NCBI GenBank assembly: GCA_036267775.1
Contig: DATAVM010000090.1
Coordinates: forward strand, 1,172 to 65,171
Source of the DNA: Gemmatimonadales bacterium
GTDB lineage: Bacteria > Gemmatimonadota > Gemmatimonadetes > Gemmatimonadales > GWC2-71-9
Direction: 5' to 3'
DNA length: 64,000 nt
The notes beneath the pieces were generated by a model that searched no databases, had not been told where the DNA came from, and saw nothing but the letters and a program-made list of their open reading frames with translations. Positions 53,766 through 63,188 of this stretch are shown piece after piece. How positions within the stretch are numbered: position 1 is the first letter of the stretch; every line of letters starts with the position of its first letter. The translations under genes were made by a program, and so were the position numbers.

Positions 53766-55019
53766 GTGAGCCAAAGTGAGCGGATCCCACCGGTATCGTC
53801 GAACCCGCGAGTTGCTGTGTACTGCGACGACCGGAACTGGGGCGGCGTGGTCGCCTACACGGTCTCGCTCGTGCGGGGCCTGGGCCGCGAGGGGATCGAG
53901 GCGACGCTCGTCGTGCCCGAGTACCAGACCTGGCAGGACGATCCGCGGACGGCGGGGGCGACGATTCACTGCCTGCGCCCACGCCCGCCGGCATCTGCCG
54001 CGAATCCGGCAGATGCCTCGCCGCCGAGTCCGGCGGTGTCTCGAGGCCGGCGCTTGCGGCCGCCGGAGTCGATCCGGTGGACGCTGGGTGCCATTCGCGA
54101 GGCCCGTCATGTGCAGCGCCTCCTGGCAGGCGTCGACGCGGATCTGGTGCATGTGCAGGCGTGCGGAGCAGAGACGGCAATTCTGGGGGCGCGATGGGCG
54201 CGGCGCGGCCGGCCGGTCGTCAGCACGTTCCATATTCTGCCGGCCTACGTGTCGCCGGTTCGTCAAGCGACCCCGGGCTACCGGCTGCTGCAGCACCTGA
54301 ACATGCGGTCGTTCGATCGCGCCATCGCGGTCTGCGAAGCCGGCCGAGCGGCTTGGGCGGCTGAGGTCGGCGGTGCCGCGCTTGCGTCACGCGTCGACGT
54401 CGTCCACAACGGCTGCCAGCGTCCGCCGGCGCTGCCGCCACGTCATGCCGCCCGTGCCGCGCTCGGCGTTCCGGACAACGCACCGGTCTGGCTCAACGTT
54501 GCGGGCTATGCCACCTACAAGGGCCACGCTGTACTCATCGATGCGATGACAACGGTCGCCGCCACCTTCCCGGATCTCCGGTTGCTGCTCGCCGGCGGCG
54601 GTCCGCTCGAAGCGGACCTGCGTGCCCGGATTGCCGAGCGCGGTCTCGAGCGCAACGTGGAGCTGCTGGGCTATCGCGCCGATATCGATCATCTGGCTGC
54701 CGCCGCCGATTTCTATGTGCAATCGTCGCTGCTCGAAGCCTTCCCCATCACGCTGCTGGAGATGGGAGCGCGCGGTCTTCCGGTGGTCAGCAGCGCCGCT
54801 GGCGGCATTCCGGAATTGATTCGCGATGGTGTCGACGGGCGGCTCGTGCCGACGCACGACGCACCGGCGTTGGCGCAGGCAATGATTGGAATGACTGCCC
54901 GGCCCGCTGAGGCGCGCGCGTTCGGCGAATCGCTGCAACGTCGGGTGCTTGGTGGTTTTCTCGAGGAACATATGGTGACCGCTACGGCAGCGGTGTACCG
55001 CCGCGTGCTCGATCGCTGA
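53766..55019 (+). CDS. Glycosyltransferase family 4
   Basis: Track frame 53622..55019. The GTG at 53766 is preferred, giving ...RVAVYCDDRNWGGVVAYT as the first beta-strand. EAFPITLLEMGARGLPVVSSAAGGIPELI (E-x7-E). Confidence 0.8.
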   Translation: MSQSERIPPVSSNPRVAVYCDDRNWGGVVAYTVSLVRGLGREGIEATLVVPEYQTWQDDPRTAGATIHCLRPRPPASAANPADASPPSPAVSRGRRLRPPESIRWTLGAIREARHVQRLLAGVDADLVHVQACGAETAILGARWARRGRPVVSTFHILPAYVSPVRQATPGYRLLQHLNMRSFDRAIAVCEAGRAAWAAEVGGAALASRVDVVHNGCQRPPALPPRHAARAALGVPDNAPVWLNVAGYATYKGHAVLIDAMTTVAATFPDLRLLLAGGGPLEADLRARIAERGLERNVELLGYRADIDHLAAAADFYVQSSLLEAFPITLLEMGARGLPVVSSAAGGIPELIRDGVDGRLVPTHDAPALAQAMIGMTARPAEARAFGESLQRRVLGGFLEEHMVTATAAVYRRVLDR

Positions 55020-55043
55020 CCGCGCGGTCTGCGCGCGCGGTCA
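55017..55043. terminator. GC-rich hairpin spanning both stop codons of two convergent GT4 genes (candidate bidirectional terminator)
   Basis: tgaccgcgcg (55017-26) and cgcgcggtca (55034-43) are exact reverse complements around a 7-nt loop. There are no flanking U-tracts, so the intrinsic-terminator call is weak. Confidence 0.35.
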
Positions 55044-56282
55044 GCCGGCCGTGATCTCGTCGTACAGTGCGACGGTCGCTTCGACCATGTGGCGATGGGT
55101 GTATCGCTGCGTTACGCGCTCGCCCAGTGCCGCGCCCCTCGCGGCGGCGACAACCGGATCACGGCGGGCGTCGATCAGCGCTGCCGCAAGCGCGCCGGGA
55201 TTGCGGGCCGGCACGACCCAGCCCGCGGCACCGTCGTCGAGCGTCTCTGCGTGGCCGCCGACGTCGCTCGCCACCACCGGCAGCCCGAGCGCGCCCGCTT
55301 CGAGCACGGACAGCGTGTGCGCCTCGCACCATGACGGCTGCACATAGAGATCACACGCCTCGAGCAGATCGCGCACTTCGGATCGGAAGCCAAGCCAGCG
55401 TACCCGCGACGCCACACCCAGCTGTTCGGCCTGGGCCGCGAGGTCGGCGGCCAGCGGACCAGTGCCCGCGTGGACAACGAGCGCGTTCGGCACGGCCTGG
55501 AGCACGCGTGGGAGCGCCTCGATCAGATCGCCGTACCCTTTTGCCCAGTCGAGCCGCCCGAGAGTTCCCATGACGAATTCGCCGGCGTTGATCCCGAGGG
55601 CGGCCTTCGCATCATTGATCTGCGCGCGCCGGTGGAGGCGGTCGAGGCGCACGCCATTCGGCACCACCACAAATCGCGGCGTGGCCTGGTCGGTCGTGCC
55701 CAGGCGGAGGCGCCATTCCGCTTCGGTGCGCGCGCTCACTGCGATCGCCAGATCCAGCGCGCGAAAACTTTTCCGTTCGAGGCGGCGATGGAGCCAGCCG
55801 GTGCGTTCATGAAAGATGTCGTACGTAGGGTCGATGTGGAGCGTGGCGACCACGCGTGGCACACCCGCCTGCTGCGCCGCGATGGGTGCCACCTCGTCGC
55901 CTGCCACGTTGCTGTGCAGCAGATCCACCGGTGCCTTGGCAAAGAGCGCTGCCAGCTCAGCCGTTTCGCGGCGGAGCGCCCGGGACCAGCTGACCGTGCG
56001 GCGTAGCGACGCCACCGCGCCGGAGCGCCTTCGCGCGCTCGGTGTGGTCGCCGGTGGTGCTGCGCCGCCGCCGGGGGCAGGCGTTGCCGGATTTTCCTGG
56101 CCGTAGACCATCGTCGCGCCGAGCGCCACGGCATCGGCATGCCATGGTGCCGGTTCCTGGGCAAACACCACCGGTCGGTATCGAGACCGGTCGAGTCCGC
56201 TCAAGAGCTCGAGGAGGTAGCGCGTCGTGCCACTCGCTCCTGGGCTCGGATCGAAATAGCCAATAGTCTGCACGGACGGCAC
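55041..56282 (-). CDS. Glycosyltransferase family 4
   Basis: 413 aa. GASGTTRYLLELLSGL, EAHTLSVLEAGALGLPVVASDVGGHAETL (E-x7-E). Confidence 0.85.
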   Translation of the reverse strand: MPSVQTIGYFDPSPGASGTTRYLLELLSGLDRSRYRPVVFAQEPAPWHADAVALGATMVYGQENPATPAPGGGAAPPATTPSARRRSGAVASLRRTVSWSRALRRETAELAALFAKAPVDLLHSNVAGDEVAPIAAQQAGVPRVVATLHIDPTYDIFHERTGWLHRRLERKSFRALDLAIAVSARTEAEWRLRLGTTDQATPRFVVVPNGVRLDRLHRRAQINDAKAALGINAGEFVMGTLGRLDWAKGYGDLIEALPRVLQAVPNALVVHAGTGPLAADLAAQAEQLGVASRVRWLGFRSEVRDLLEACDLYVQPSWCEAHTLSVLEAGALGLPVVASDVGGHAETLDDGAAGWVVPARNPGALAAALIDARRDPVVAAARGAALGERVTQRYTHRHMVEATVALYDEITAG

Positions 56283-56311
56283 TGGGGCAGGAGTCGTGCC
56301 AATTCGGCGGG

Positions 56312-57280
56312 TCAGGGCGTCACGATCCCCTGCATGCGCACCACCTCGAAGTCATTGACCTGCAATTGCTTGAGCGTGTTGTTGACATCGTCGTTCCACC
56401 GGCTGTCAGCCGTGCCCGAAAGGAAAAAATCGCTGCCGTTGTCAGCCACGATCATCCCGTAGCGTTTGAGGGCCAGCAGGATCACCTGCGCCGGGGCCGG
56501 ATAGCTGCTGATATCCACGCTGGCCTTGAGCCGGACTCGCATCCCCATCGGCGCCAGGAGGCTGTCGTTGGACGAACTTGCCCAGTGCCGGGCAGGGGCC
56601 ACGTAGGCCTCGCGGGTGTGCTGCACGGTAAAGCGGAGCGCGTGAGTGATCGCCATCCTGCCGTAGACCTCGTCGTATCGCACGAGTCCGGGCAGAATCG
56701 GGAGACCTGCCGCGTCGGCCGAGGTCCAGCCGGCAGGCCGGGTGGTGCCATTGGCAAGGTCGAAGATGGCTCCCGATCCAGCGGACCATTGCCCGCCGTT
56801 CTGCGACAGGCCAAAGAGCTCGTAGAGCTTCCATTCGTGCTGAACGATCACCAGCAGATGCCCGTCGCTGCCATTTTCGATCGGCGGATTTGCCGGAATC
56901 GGATAGGGGCCCGGATCACTCTCATCCGCGTAGTCGAACGAGACCGTGGAGCGGTGCAGCGTGTCGGGCACCACGATGTACGGAATGCCGAATGGCGCGC
57001 CGTCGATGTTGGCACCAAAATCGGGGTGCAGGTTTTTCGTGAGGCCGATCCGGGCGAGGATCGCACCGGACTTGGGATCGATCTGTGCCGTGTCGATCGG
57101 CTGATTCCAGAGATCAGTGGCGGGAAACATCTGCTTCCCGTTCAGTGACGCATTGAGGCCGAGATCGGCGAGGGAAGAATCGGTGGGAGCTGGCGGAACC
57201 ACGATCGGATTCTGGTTATCGGTGGCGGGCATGCTGCTGCACGCGGCGGCGAGTGCGAGCGCCGCGGCGTAGAACAGCAT
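56312..57280 (-). CDS. Conserved hypothetical lipoprotein (unknown function)
   Basis: Track ORF 56312..57310 trimmed to the ATG at 57278-57280 (ATGA overlap with the tyrS stop). Lipobox [14 protein letters not shown]. Conserved-looking blocks GSDGHLLVIVQHEWKLYELF, GWTSADAAGLPILPGLVRYDEV, ITHALRFTV, PMGMRVRLKA. Confidence 0.6.
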   Translation of the reverse strand: MLFYAAALALAAACSSMPATDNQNPIVVPPAPTDSSLADLGLNASLNGKQMFPATDLWNQPIDTAQIDPKSGAILARIGLTKNLHPDFGANIDGAPFGIPYIVVPDTLHRSTVSFDYADESDPGPYPIPANPPIENGSDGHLLVIVQHEWKLYELFGLSQNGGQWSAGSGAIFDLANGTTRPAGWTSADAAGLPILPGLVRYDEVYGRMAITHALRFTVQHTREAYVAPARHWASSSNDSLLAPMGMRVRLKASVDISSYPAPAQVILLALKRYGMIVADNGSDFFLSGTADSRWNDDVNNTLKQLQVNDFEVVRMQGIVTP

Positions 57281-58548
57281 CAGGAATCGACCACCCGGAG
57301 TCCGCTCCAATTCCGCTTCCCCTTCCGCAAGAGCACAATCCCGCCCGCCAGCACGTCCTCGGCGGTGACGATCCGCCCTTCATCCGCAGCCACACCGTTG
57401 ACCGAGAAGCCGCCGCCGGTAAGTCCGCGCCGCGCTTCGCTCTTGGAGGCCGCGAGGCCGGCGGTCATCAGAGCATCGGCAATCGCCAGCCCGCCATCGA
57501 GGGCGCCACGCGCGACTGCCTTGACGGTGATCTCCCCGGCCACGGTCGCGATCGTTGCGGCATCGGCATCGCGAACATCTCCGGTCCCAAAGAGAATGGC
57601 GGCCGCCTTGGTGGCGCGGATCACGGCATCGGCGCCATGCACGCGGGCGGTGACGTCATCCGCGAGCCGGCGCTGTGCGGCGCGCCGTCCCGGATCGGCG
57701 CGGTGCTCCTCCATGAGCGTCGCAATCTCCGCGCGCTCGAGAAAGGTGAAGAAGTTGAGCAGGCGCGCCACGTCGGCATCTTCGGTCTGCAACCAGAACT
57801 GGTGAAATGCATACGGCGACGTCTTTGCCGGATCGAGCCAGACGTTGCCGCTCTCGCTCTTGCCAAACTTGGCGCCTGCTGCCGTGGTGAGCAGCGGCAC
57901 CGTGAGGCCATGCAGCTTGGTGCCATCGCGTCGCGCCGCGAGTTCGATCCCGGCGGTGATGTTGCCCCATTGGTCGCTCCCGCCGAGTTGCAGCTCGCAC
58001 TGCTCGACCTCCGCGAGATGCGCAAAGTCGTATGCCTGCACCAGCATGTAGGAGAATTCGGCGAACGAGATACCGCTCTCCATCCGTGAATCGACCGAAT
58101 CCTTCTGGAGCATGTAGTTGACCGTGAAGTGCTTGCCGGTGTCGCGCAGGAACTCCAGCAGTCCCAGATCGCCCAGCCAATCGGCGTTGTCCCGCACGCG
58201 CGCGGCGTTGGCACCACTGAAATCCAGGAACTGTTCAAGCTGTTTGCGAATCGCCTCGCCATTGGCGGCCACGGTTTCCGGCGCGAGCATTGGCCGTTCG
58301 CTCTTCTTGCCCGATGGATCACCCACCAGGCCGGTCCCGCCGCCAACGAGAATGATGGGCCGACCGCCGAGCCGCTGGAGCCACGCGAGTGCCATCACGG
58401 GCACCAGATTGCCCACGTGGAGCGAATCCGCGGTGGGGTCAAAGCCGGCGTAGCCGGTGATCGGTCCCGTAACGAGACGGCCGGCCAGATTGGGCGTGCT
58501 ATCGTGGACCATCCCACGAGACGTGAGCGCTTCGAGCAGGGTGGGCAT
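57280..58548 (-). CDS. tyrS: Tyrosine--tRNA ligase
   Basis: 422 aa. HIGH-type motif [14 protein letters not shown]-type motif KFGKSESG, C-terminal S4-like domain. Confidence 0.95.
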   Translation of the reverse strand: MPTLLEALTSRGMVHDSTPNLAGRLVTGPITGYAGFDPTADSLHVGNLVPVMALAWLQRLGGRPIILVGGGTGLVGDPSGKKSERPMLAPETVAANGEAIRKQLEQFLDFSGANAARVRDNADWLGDLGLLEFLRDTGKHFTVNYMLQKDSVDSRMESGISFAEFSYMLVQAYDFAHLAEVEQCELQLGGSDQWGNITAGIELAARRDGTKLHGLTVPLLTTAAGAKFGKSESGNVWLDPAKTSPYAFHQFWLQTEDADVARLLNFFTFLERAEIATLMEEHRADPGRRAAQRRLADDVTARVHGADAVIRATKAAAILFGTGDVRDADAATIATVAGEITVKAVARGALDGGLAIADALMTAGLAASKSEARRGLTGGGFSVNGVAADEGRIVTAEDVLAGGIVLLRKGKRNWSGLRVVDS

Positions 58549-58549
58549 A

Positions 58550-58571
58550 GGCAGCCCTAATTAGGGCTGCC
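58550..58571. promoter_or_regulatory. Perfect 22-bp palindrome (ggcagcccTAATTAgggctgcc), 1 nt upstream of the tyrS start codon
   Basis: Read directly from the sequence: 58550-58560 is the exact reverse complement of 58561-58571. No Shine-Dalgarno sequence lies between it and the tyrS ATG (58546-58548). Confidence 0.35.
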
Positions 58572-58583
58572 GAGGCGTTCGCG

Positions 58584-58603
58584 GCAAGCCGCGCGCGGCT
58601 TGC
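58584..58603. promoter_or_regulatory. Perfect 20-bp palindrome (gcaagccgcgcgcggcttgc) in the tyrS/mrcA divergent spacer
   Basis: Read directly from the sequence: 58584-58593 is the exact reverse complement of 58594-58603. Confidence 0.3.
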
Positions 58604-58652
58604 GCCAGAGCAGGATCAGCACACCGGCGGCGGCCATGATAGTTTCAACCGC

Positions 58653-60689
58653 ATGGGCAATTTCTTTACTCGCCTGCGCGAGAAGTGGCAGGCGGCGTCG
58701 ACCCGCAACAAGATTCTCGTCGCACTGTTGGCGTTCATCGTCTTTGTGGTCGTGGCGGGCGTGGGAGCATGGAACCGCGCCTGCGCCAATGATGCGTGCC
58801 CCGCGGTCGAAGGCCTCACCGGCTACAATCCCGACCAGGCGTCCAAGGTCTACGCCGCCGACGGCCGGCTCATCACCGACTTCGGTCTCATCAGCCGCAC
58901 CGTGTTGCCACTGAGCGAGATGTCCCCCGCCATTCCGGCCGCATTCATTGCGGTCGAAGACAAGCGCTTCTATCAGCATCATGGCGTCGACTGGGTTGGC
59001 GTGATGCGCTCGCTCAAGGAAGCGGTGCTGCACCTGGGGCTGCCCCAGGGATTTTCCACCATCACGATGCAGCTGGCCGGCAGTCTCTGGCCCCACGAAA
59101 TCGATCGTACGCAGACCGGCATCGCCGGCATTCCGCGCAAGATTCGTGAAGTGCGTGTGGCCATGGACATCGAAAAGCACTTCACCAAGAATCAGATTCT
59201 CGAGATGTATCTCAACCAGATCTATCTCGGCAATCACGCCTACGGTGTCGAGGCGGCGGCGCACCGGTATTTTGGCAAGTCTGCGCGCGATGTGAACGTG
59301 GCGGAGGCCGCGCTCCTGGCGCGTCTGCCCAAGGCGCCCGATACGTACAATCCCCGCAAACACCCGGATTATGCGGTCCGTGGCCGCAACCTGGTCCTCG
59401 ACGACCTGCGCGACGACGGCCGCATCACGCCCGTGGAAGCGGAGCAGTGGAAGGCGTATCCGCTGCAGCTCTCGTTGCGCTCCGACTATCAGGAGGTCGG
59501 CGAATACTTTGTCGAGTACGTGCGCGAGCAGCTCGAGCCGATCTTTGGCAAGGATCTCTACAAGGAAGGACTGCGCATTTACACCACGCTCGACCTCGAC
59601 GCGCAGATCGCCGCCGAGCGTGCGGTACGCGATCAGCTTGAGCGCGTGGAGAGCAGCGGGCACTATCCGCATCCCACGTATGAGCAATACCACGACAAGC
59701 GCGGCGACGAGGCCAGCGATGTGGTGGAGACGCCGTATCTGCAGGGCGGTGCGCTGGTGCTGGAAGCCAAGACCGGCAACATTCTCGCGATGGTGGGCGG
59801 CCGCGATTTTGCCGATTCCAAATTCAATCGCATCACGCAGGCGCTGCGCCAGCCCGGCTCGTCATTCAAGCCGATCGTCTATACCGCTGCGATCGAAAGC
59901 GGAGCCGTCACCTTTGACGATCGCATGCCCGATGCGGCGATCACGGTGCAATTGCCGCCCAATCAGACGCCCGACACGTGGTCGCCCGTCAACTATGAAG
60001 GGTACTTCACGGATTCGATGCTGACGGTGCGCGAAGGGCTGTGGCGGTCGTTGAACAGCATCGCGGTGCGCGTGGGACTCAAGGTGGGCATTCCGGCCGC
60101 GATCGATGAGGCAAAGCGCTTTGGGCTCACGACGATCAATCTCAAGAATGATTCGGGCCCGTCAATGTTCCTCGGGTCGGGCGATGTATATCCGATCGAA
60201 CTCATCTCGAGCTACTCGGTCTTTGCCAACCTTGGTGATCGCGTAGTCCCCAACGCGATCCTTCGCGTGGAAGACAGTCACGGCAAGATCAAGTGGCATT
60301 CGACTGTGCAGCGTATCCCGGTGGTTGATCCCACCGTCGCCTGGACGATGAACCAGGCGCTGCAGGGTGTGGTCAAGTACGGTACCGCCTCGGATGCGGT
60401 CTGGGGCGCGGGCTTCCATGTGCCCGCCGGCGGCAAGACCGGCACCACCAATGATTTCCGCGACGCGTGGTATATCGGCTTCACGCCCGATGTCGTCGCC
60501 GGGATCTGGGTGGGCTTTGATCACCCGCAGTCCATCAAGCAGGGCGCCGTCGGCGGCTACATCGTCGCGCCGGCATGGACGCGGATGATGATGGACATCT
60601 ATTCGCGGCGTCCCGAGCCAGCCGACTGGACGCCACCGTCGCAGGCCGCATCGGTGCCCAGCGTCGGCACGGCCAGCGGCGGCCCGTGA
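58653..60689 (+). CDS. mrcA: Penicillin-binding protein 1A (bifunctional glycosyltransferase GT51 / transpeptidase)
   Basis: 678 aa. N-terminal TM anchor. GT51 motifs EDKRFYQHHGVD and RKIREV. Transpeptidase motifs SSFKP (SxxK) and KTGTTN. Confidence 0.9.
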   Translation: MGNFFTRLREKWQAASTRNKILVALLAFIVFVVVAGVGAWNRACANDACPAVEGLTGYNPDQASKVYAADGRLITDFGLISRTVLPLSEMSPAIPAAFIAVEDKRFYQHHGVDWVGVMRSLKEAVLHLGLPQGFSTITMQLAGSLWPHEIDRTQTGIAGIPRKIREVRVAMDIEKHFTKNQILEMYLNQIYLGNHAYGVEAAAHRYFGKSARDVNVAEAALLARLPKAPDTYNPRKHPDYAVRGRNLVLDDLRDDGRITPVEAEQWKAYPLQLSLRSDYQEVGEYFVEYVREQLEPIFGKDLYKEGLRIYTTLDLDAQIAAERAVRDQLERVESSGHYPHPTYEQYHDKRGDEASDVVETPYLQGGALVLEAKTGNILAMVGGRDFADSKFNRITQALRQPGSSFKPIVYTAAIESGAVTFDDRMPDAAITVQLPPNQTPDTWSPVNYEGYFTDSMLTVREGLWRSLNSIAVRVGLKVGIPAAIDEAKRFGLTTINLKNDSGPSMFLGSGDVYPIELISSYSVFANLGDRVVPNAILRVEDSHGKIKWHSTVQRIPVVDPTVAWTMNQALQGVVKYGTASDAVWGAGFHVPAGGKTGTTNDFRDAWYIGFTPDVVAGIWVGFDHPQSIKQGAVGGYIVAPAWTRMMMDIYSRRPEPADWTPPSQAASVPSVGTASGGP

Positions 60690-61906
60690 TGCTGCGCATC
60701 ACCGCGCCGTGGGTGATCCCGGTGGATGGCGCGGCGATTTCCGAAGGCGCAATCCTCGTCGACACTCAAGGGCGCATCGCGGCCGTTGGTCCCGACATCG
60801 CTGTGCCGCGCCCGCCGGACGCCGAGCAGCAGCACATGGCCGATGCGGCAATCATTCCGGGTCTCGTCAACACACACGCGCATCTCGAATTGACCGGCTT
60901 TGCCGGCCAGGCCGATGCACCCGAGTTCTGGAACTGGATCAAGCAGATCATCGCGCTCAAGGCCGGCCGCACGCCAGAGGAGTTCTTTCTGGCGGCGCAG
61001 CGCGGTATTCGCCAGAGCTGGGCCGCCGGCGTCACCACCATTTGCGACATGGGCAATACCGGCTCCGTCATTGCGGCACTCGACGATCTCGGCGCGAGCG
61101 GCGTGGCGCATCATGAGGTCTTCGATCTGCATCAGGGCGACGCGCGCGACACGATGAAGCGCTTCTCGCGCGAGCTTGACGACCTTGCGCGTCATGCCAC
61201 CGGCCGCGTGACCATCGGTGTTTCCCCGCACGCGCCCTATACCGTGAGCGGGCCGGTCTACCGCGCCACGGCGGAACTGGCGCGAGCGCACGGGGTGCCG
61301 ATCGCAGTGCACATTGCGGAGCCGGCGGACGAGACCGCACTCCTGCGCGACTTCACCGGCAGCTTTGCGGACTTTCTCAAGAGTCGCGGCGTCGCTCCGA
61401 TCACCGCCGCGCCGATTTCACCGGTCGCGTGGCTTGAACATCATGATGTGCTCTCGCCGCGCACCATCTGCGCCCATGCCATTCACACCGATGCCGCCGA
61501 CGCAACACTCCTCGCCCGGCACGGCGCGGCCATCGCGCATTGTCCGCGCAGCAATCGCCATCATCACCACGCCGACGCGCCTATCGCCCGCTACGCCGAC
61601 ACGGGGCTTCGCATTGGCCTCGGCACCGATTCCGAAGCCAGCGTGGCGCCACTCGACCTCCTGGCAGAGGCACGGATTGCGCGGACCCTCACCGGCTGGA
61701 ACGCCGCCGAGACGTTGCGGGCACTCACACTGGGCGGCGCGGAGGCGCTCAACCTGGCGGCCGCCACCGGCTCACTCAGTCGGGGGAAGTGGGCGGACCT
61801 GGCCGCCATCCGGGTCGAGGCGACGCAAACCCCCGAGGAAGCCGTGCTTGCTGGCAGCCCAGCCGACGTCCTGGCGACGTGGCTTGGCGGACGGCGGGTG
61901 CATTGA
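60689..61906 (+). CDS. Amidohydrolase-superfamily metal-dependent hydrolase (cytosine-deaminase/chlorohydrolase-like)
   Basis: Track frame 60575..61906 trimmed to the ATG at 60689 (TGATG overlap with mrcA). GLVNTHAHLEL (HxH), VHIAE, CAHAIH, GLGTDS. Confidence 0.8.
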   Translation: MLRITAPWVIPVDGAAISEGAILVDTQGRIAAVGPDIAVPRPPDAEQQHMADAAIIPGLVNTHAHLELTGFAGQADAPEFWNWIKQIIALKAGRTPEEFFLAAQRGIRQSWAAGVTTICDMGNTGSVIAALDDLGASGVAHHEVFDLHQGDARDTMKRFSRELDDLARHATGRVTIGVSPHAPYTVSGPVYRATAELARAHGVPIAVHIAEPADETALLRDFTGSFADFLKSRGVAPITAAPISPVAWLEHHDVLSPRTICAHAIHTDAADATLLARHGAAIAHCPRSNRHHHHADAPIARYADTGLRIGLGTDSEASVAPLDLLAEARIARTLTGWNAAETLRALTLGGAEALNLAAATGSLSRGKWADLAAIRVEATQTPEEAVLAGSPADVLATWLGGRRVH

Positions 61907-62017
61907 AACCGGCCAAAAACCGCGTGGTTGAGCGGCCAAAACGTCCGACCTTGTAACAGTTACCGATCCTAGGTATCCATCTAGAGACCCGTTTCAGCCT
62001 TCCTCGGGGGAGTCTCA

Positions 62018-62569
62018 GTGCGCTGCCTGGCTCTCAATGCCTCGTTTGAACCCTTGACCATGGTGCCCACCCGGCGCGCCCTGCGTCTTGTCATCGAGGG
62101 AAAGGCCGAGATCGTCGAGGCGGATGGCGACGAGCTGATACGCAGCGTTCGAATGCAAATGCCGAGACCCGCCATCATTCGTCTCGTCCGCTTTGTGCAC
62201 GTCCCCCGCCGCTTCCGTCGCCAGGTCACCAACACCTTCCTCTTTGCCCGCGATGCCTACACCTGCCAGTACTGCGGCCGGCATCAGATGCAGTTGCGCC
62301 TGCGCGAATGTCTCACGCGCGATCACGTCATTCCGCAATCGCGGGGCGGTTCCAACGACTGGAACAACGTCGTGACCGCGTGCTCGGCCTGCAACACGCG
62401 GAAGGGCAGTCATCTGCCGGAAGAGTTGGGCATGCATCCGCTGAAGGCACCGACGGAACCGCATTTTGTGCACCTGTCATGGGCCATTCGCCGGCTCACG
62501 GCGGCACAGCTCAAGTACATCCGCATCTTTTATGGGGAAGAAGCGCTGGCGGCCATCCGGCCGCGCTGA
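62018..62569 (+). CDS. HNH endonuclease (stand-alone, ~180 aa family)
   Basis: 183 aa. CQYCG...LTRDHVIPQSRGGSNDWNNVVTACSACNTRKG is an HNH core with two CxxC zinc pairs. GTG start with a gggggag Shine-Dalgarno-like sequence 6 nt upstream. Confidence 0.85.
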   Translation: MRCLALNASFEPLTMVPTRRALRLVIEGKAEIVEADGDELIRSVRMQMPRPAIIRLVRFVHVPRRFRRQVTNTFLFARDAYTCQYCGRHQMQLRLRECLTRDHVIPQSRGGSNDWNNVVTACSACNTRKGSHLPEELGMHPLKAPTEPHFVHLSWAIRRLTAAQLKYIRIFYGEEALAAIRPR

Positions 62570-62571
62570 CG

Positions 62572-63180
62572 CTAGTGCCGGATCGGGAAGGTGAACGATT
62601 CGGTCTGCTTGTGCAGCTGCAGGCTCTGCACCGATCGCTTGAGGATGAAGAGATCGAGTGCCTTCCCGAAGACACTTCCCCCCGGATCATTCTGCTGCTG
62701 CAAGCGGGCGATATCCGCGTCGCTCAGCGTCGAGATGCTCAGATCGATCGTGTAATACCAGTCGCCCGGCCGTGATGGCGTGAGGGTAAAGCCAAACCAT
62801 TGATCCAGATTGCGGCGCAGCGAATCGGCCGAAAAGCGCTCGTTGTGCTGCCGTCCCGGCGTGATCGTTCTGACGGCATAGAGATTGGTGACGGCCACAT
62901 GCTTGATGAGCACGTTCCAGCTCGTTTTCTCCCCCTGTTCGGCGCCAATGCCGATGCCGCGGCGACGCCAGAGCTGCACGGTCCAGTGCAGGTTGATGGC
63001 GATCTCGTCGTCGAGCGTTTCGCGCAATTGCGGGTCATCGAGGAAATTCGCGAGGTGATACTGCACGCCTCCCGGTGACGCCGGATCGAGCGACCCCGCG
63101 ATGTCGACGTGCTGCTGCGCCCGCGCCGCGGAGGCGACGCTGGTCAGCACAACGGCGAGCAGGACGAGCAGCCGGCGCAC
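62572..63180 (-). CDS. Hypothetical secreted protein
   Basis: Track frame 62572..63306 trimmed to the GTG at 63178-63180. Signal peptide VRRLLVLLAVVLTSVASAARAQQ. 202 aa. No family assigned with confidence. Confidence 0.5.
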   Translation of the reverse strand: MRRLLVLLAVVLTSVASAARAQQHVDIAGSLDPASPGGVQYHLANFLDDPQLRETLDDEIAINLHWTVQLWRRRGIGIGAEQGEKTSWNVLIKHVAVTNLYAVRTITPGRQHNERFSADSLRRNLDQWFGFTLTPSRPGDWYYTIDLSISTLSDADIARLQQQNDPGGSVFGKALDLFILKRSVQSLQLHKQTESFTFPIRH

Positions 63181-63188
63181 CGTCCCGC

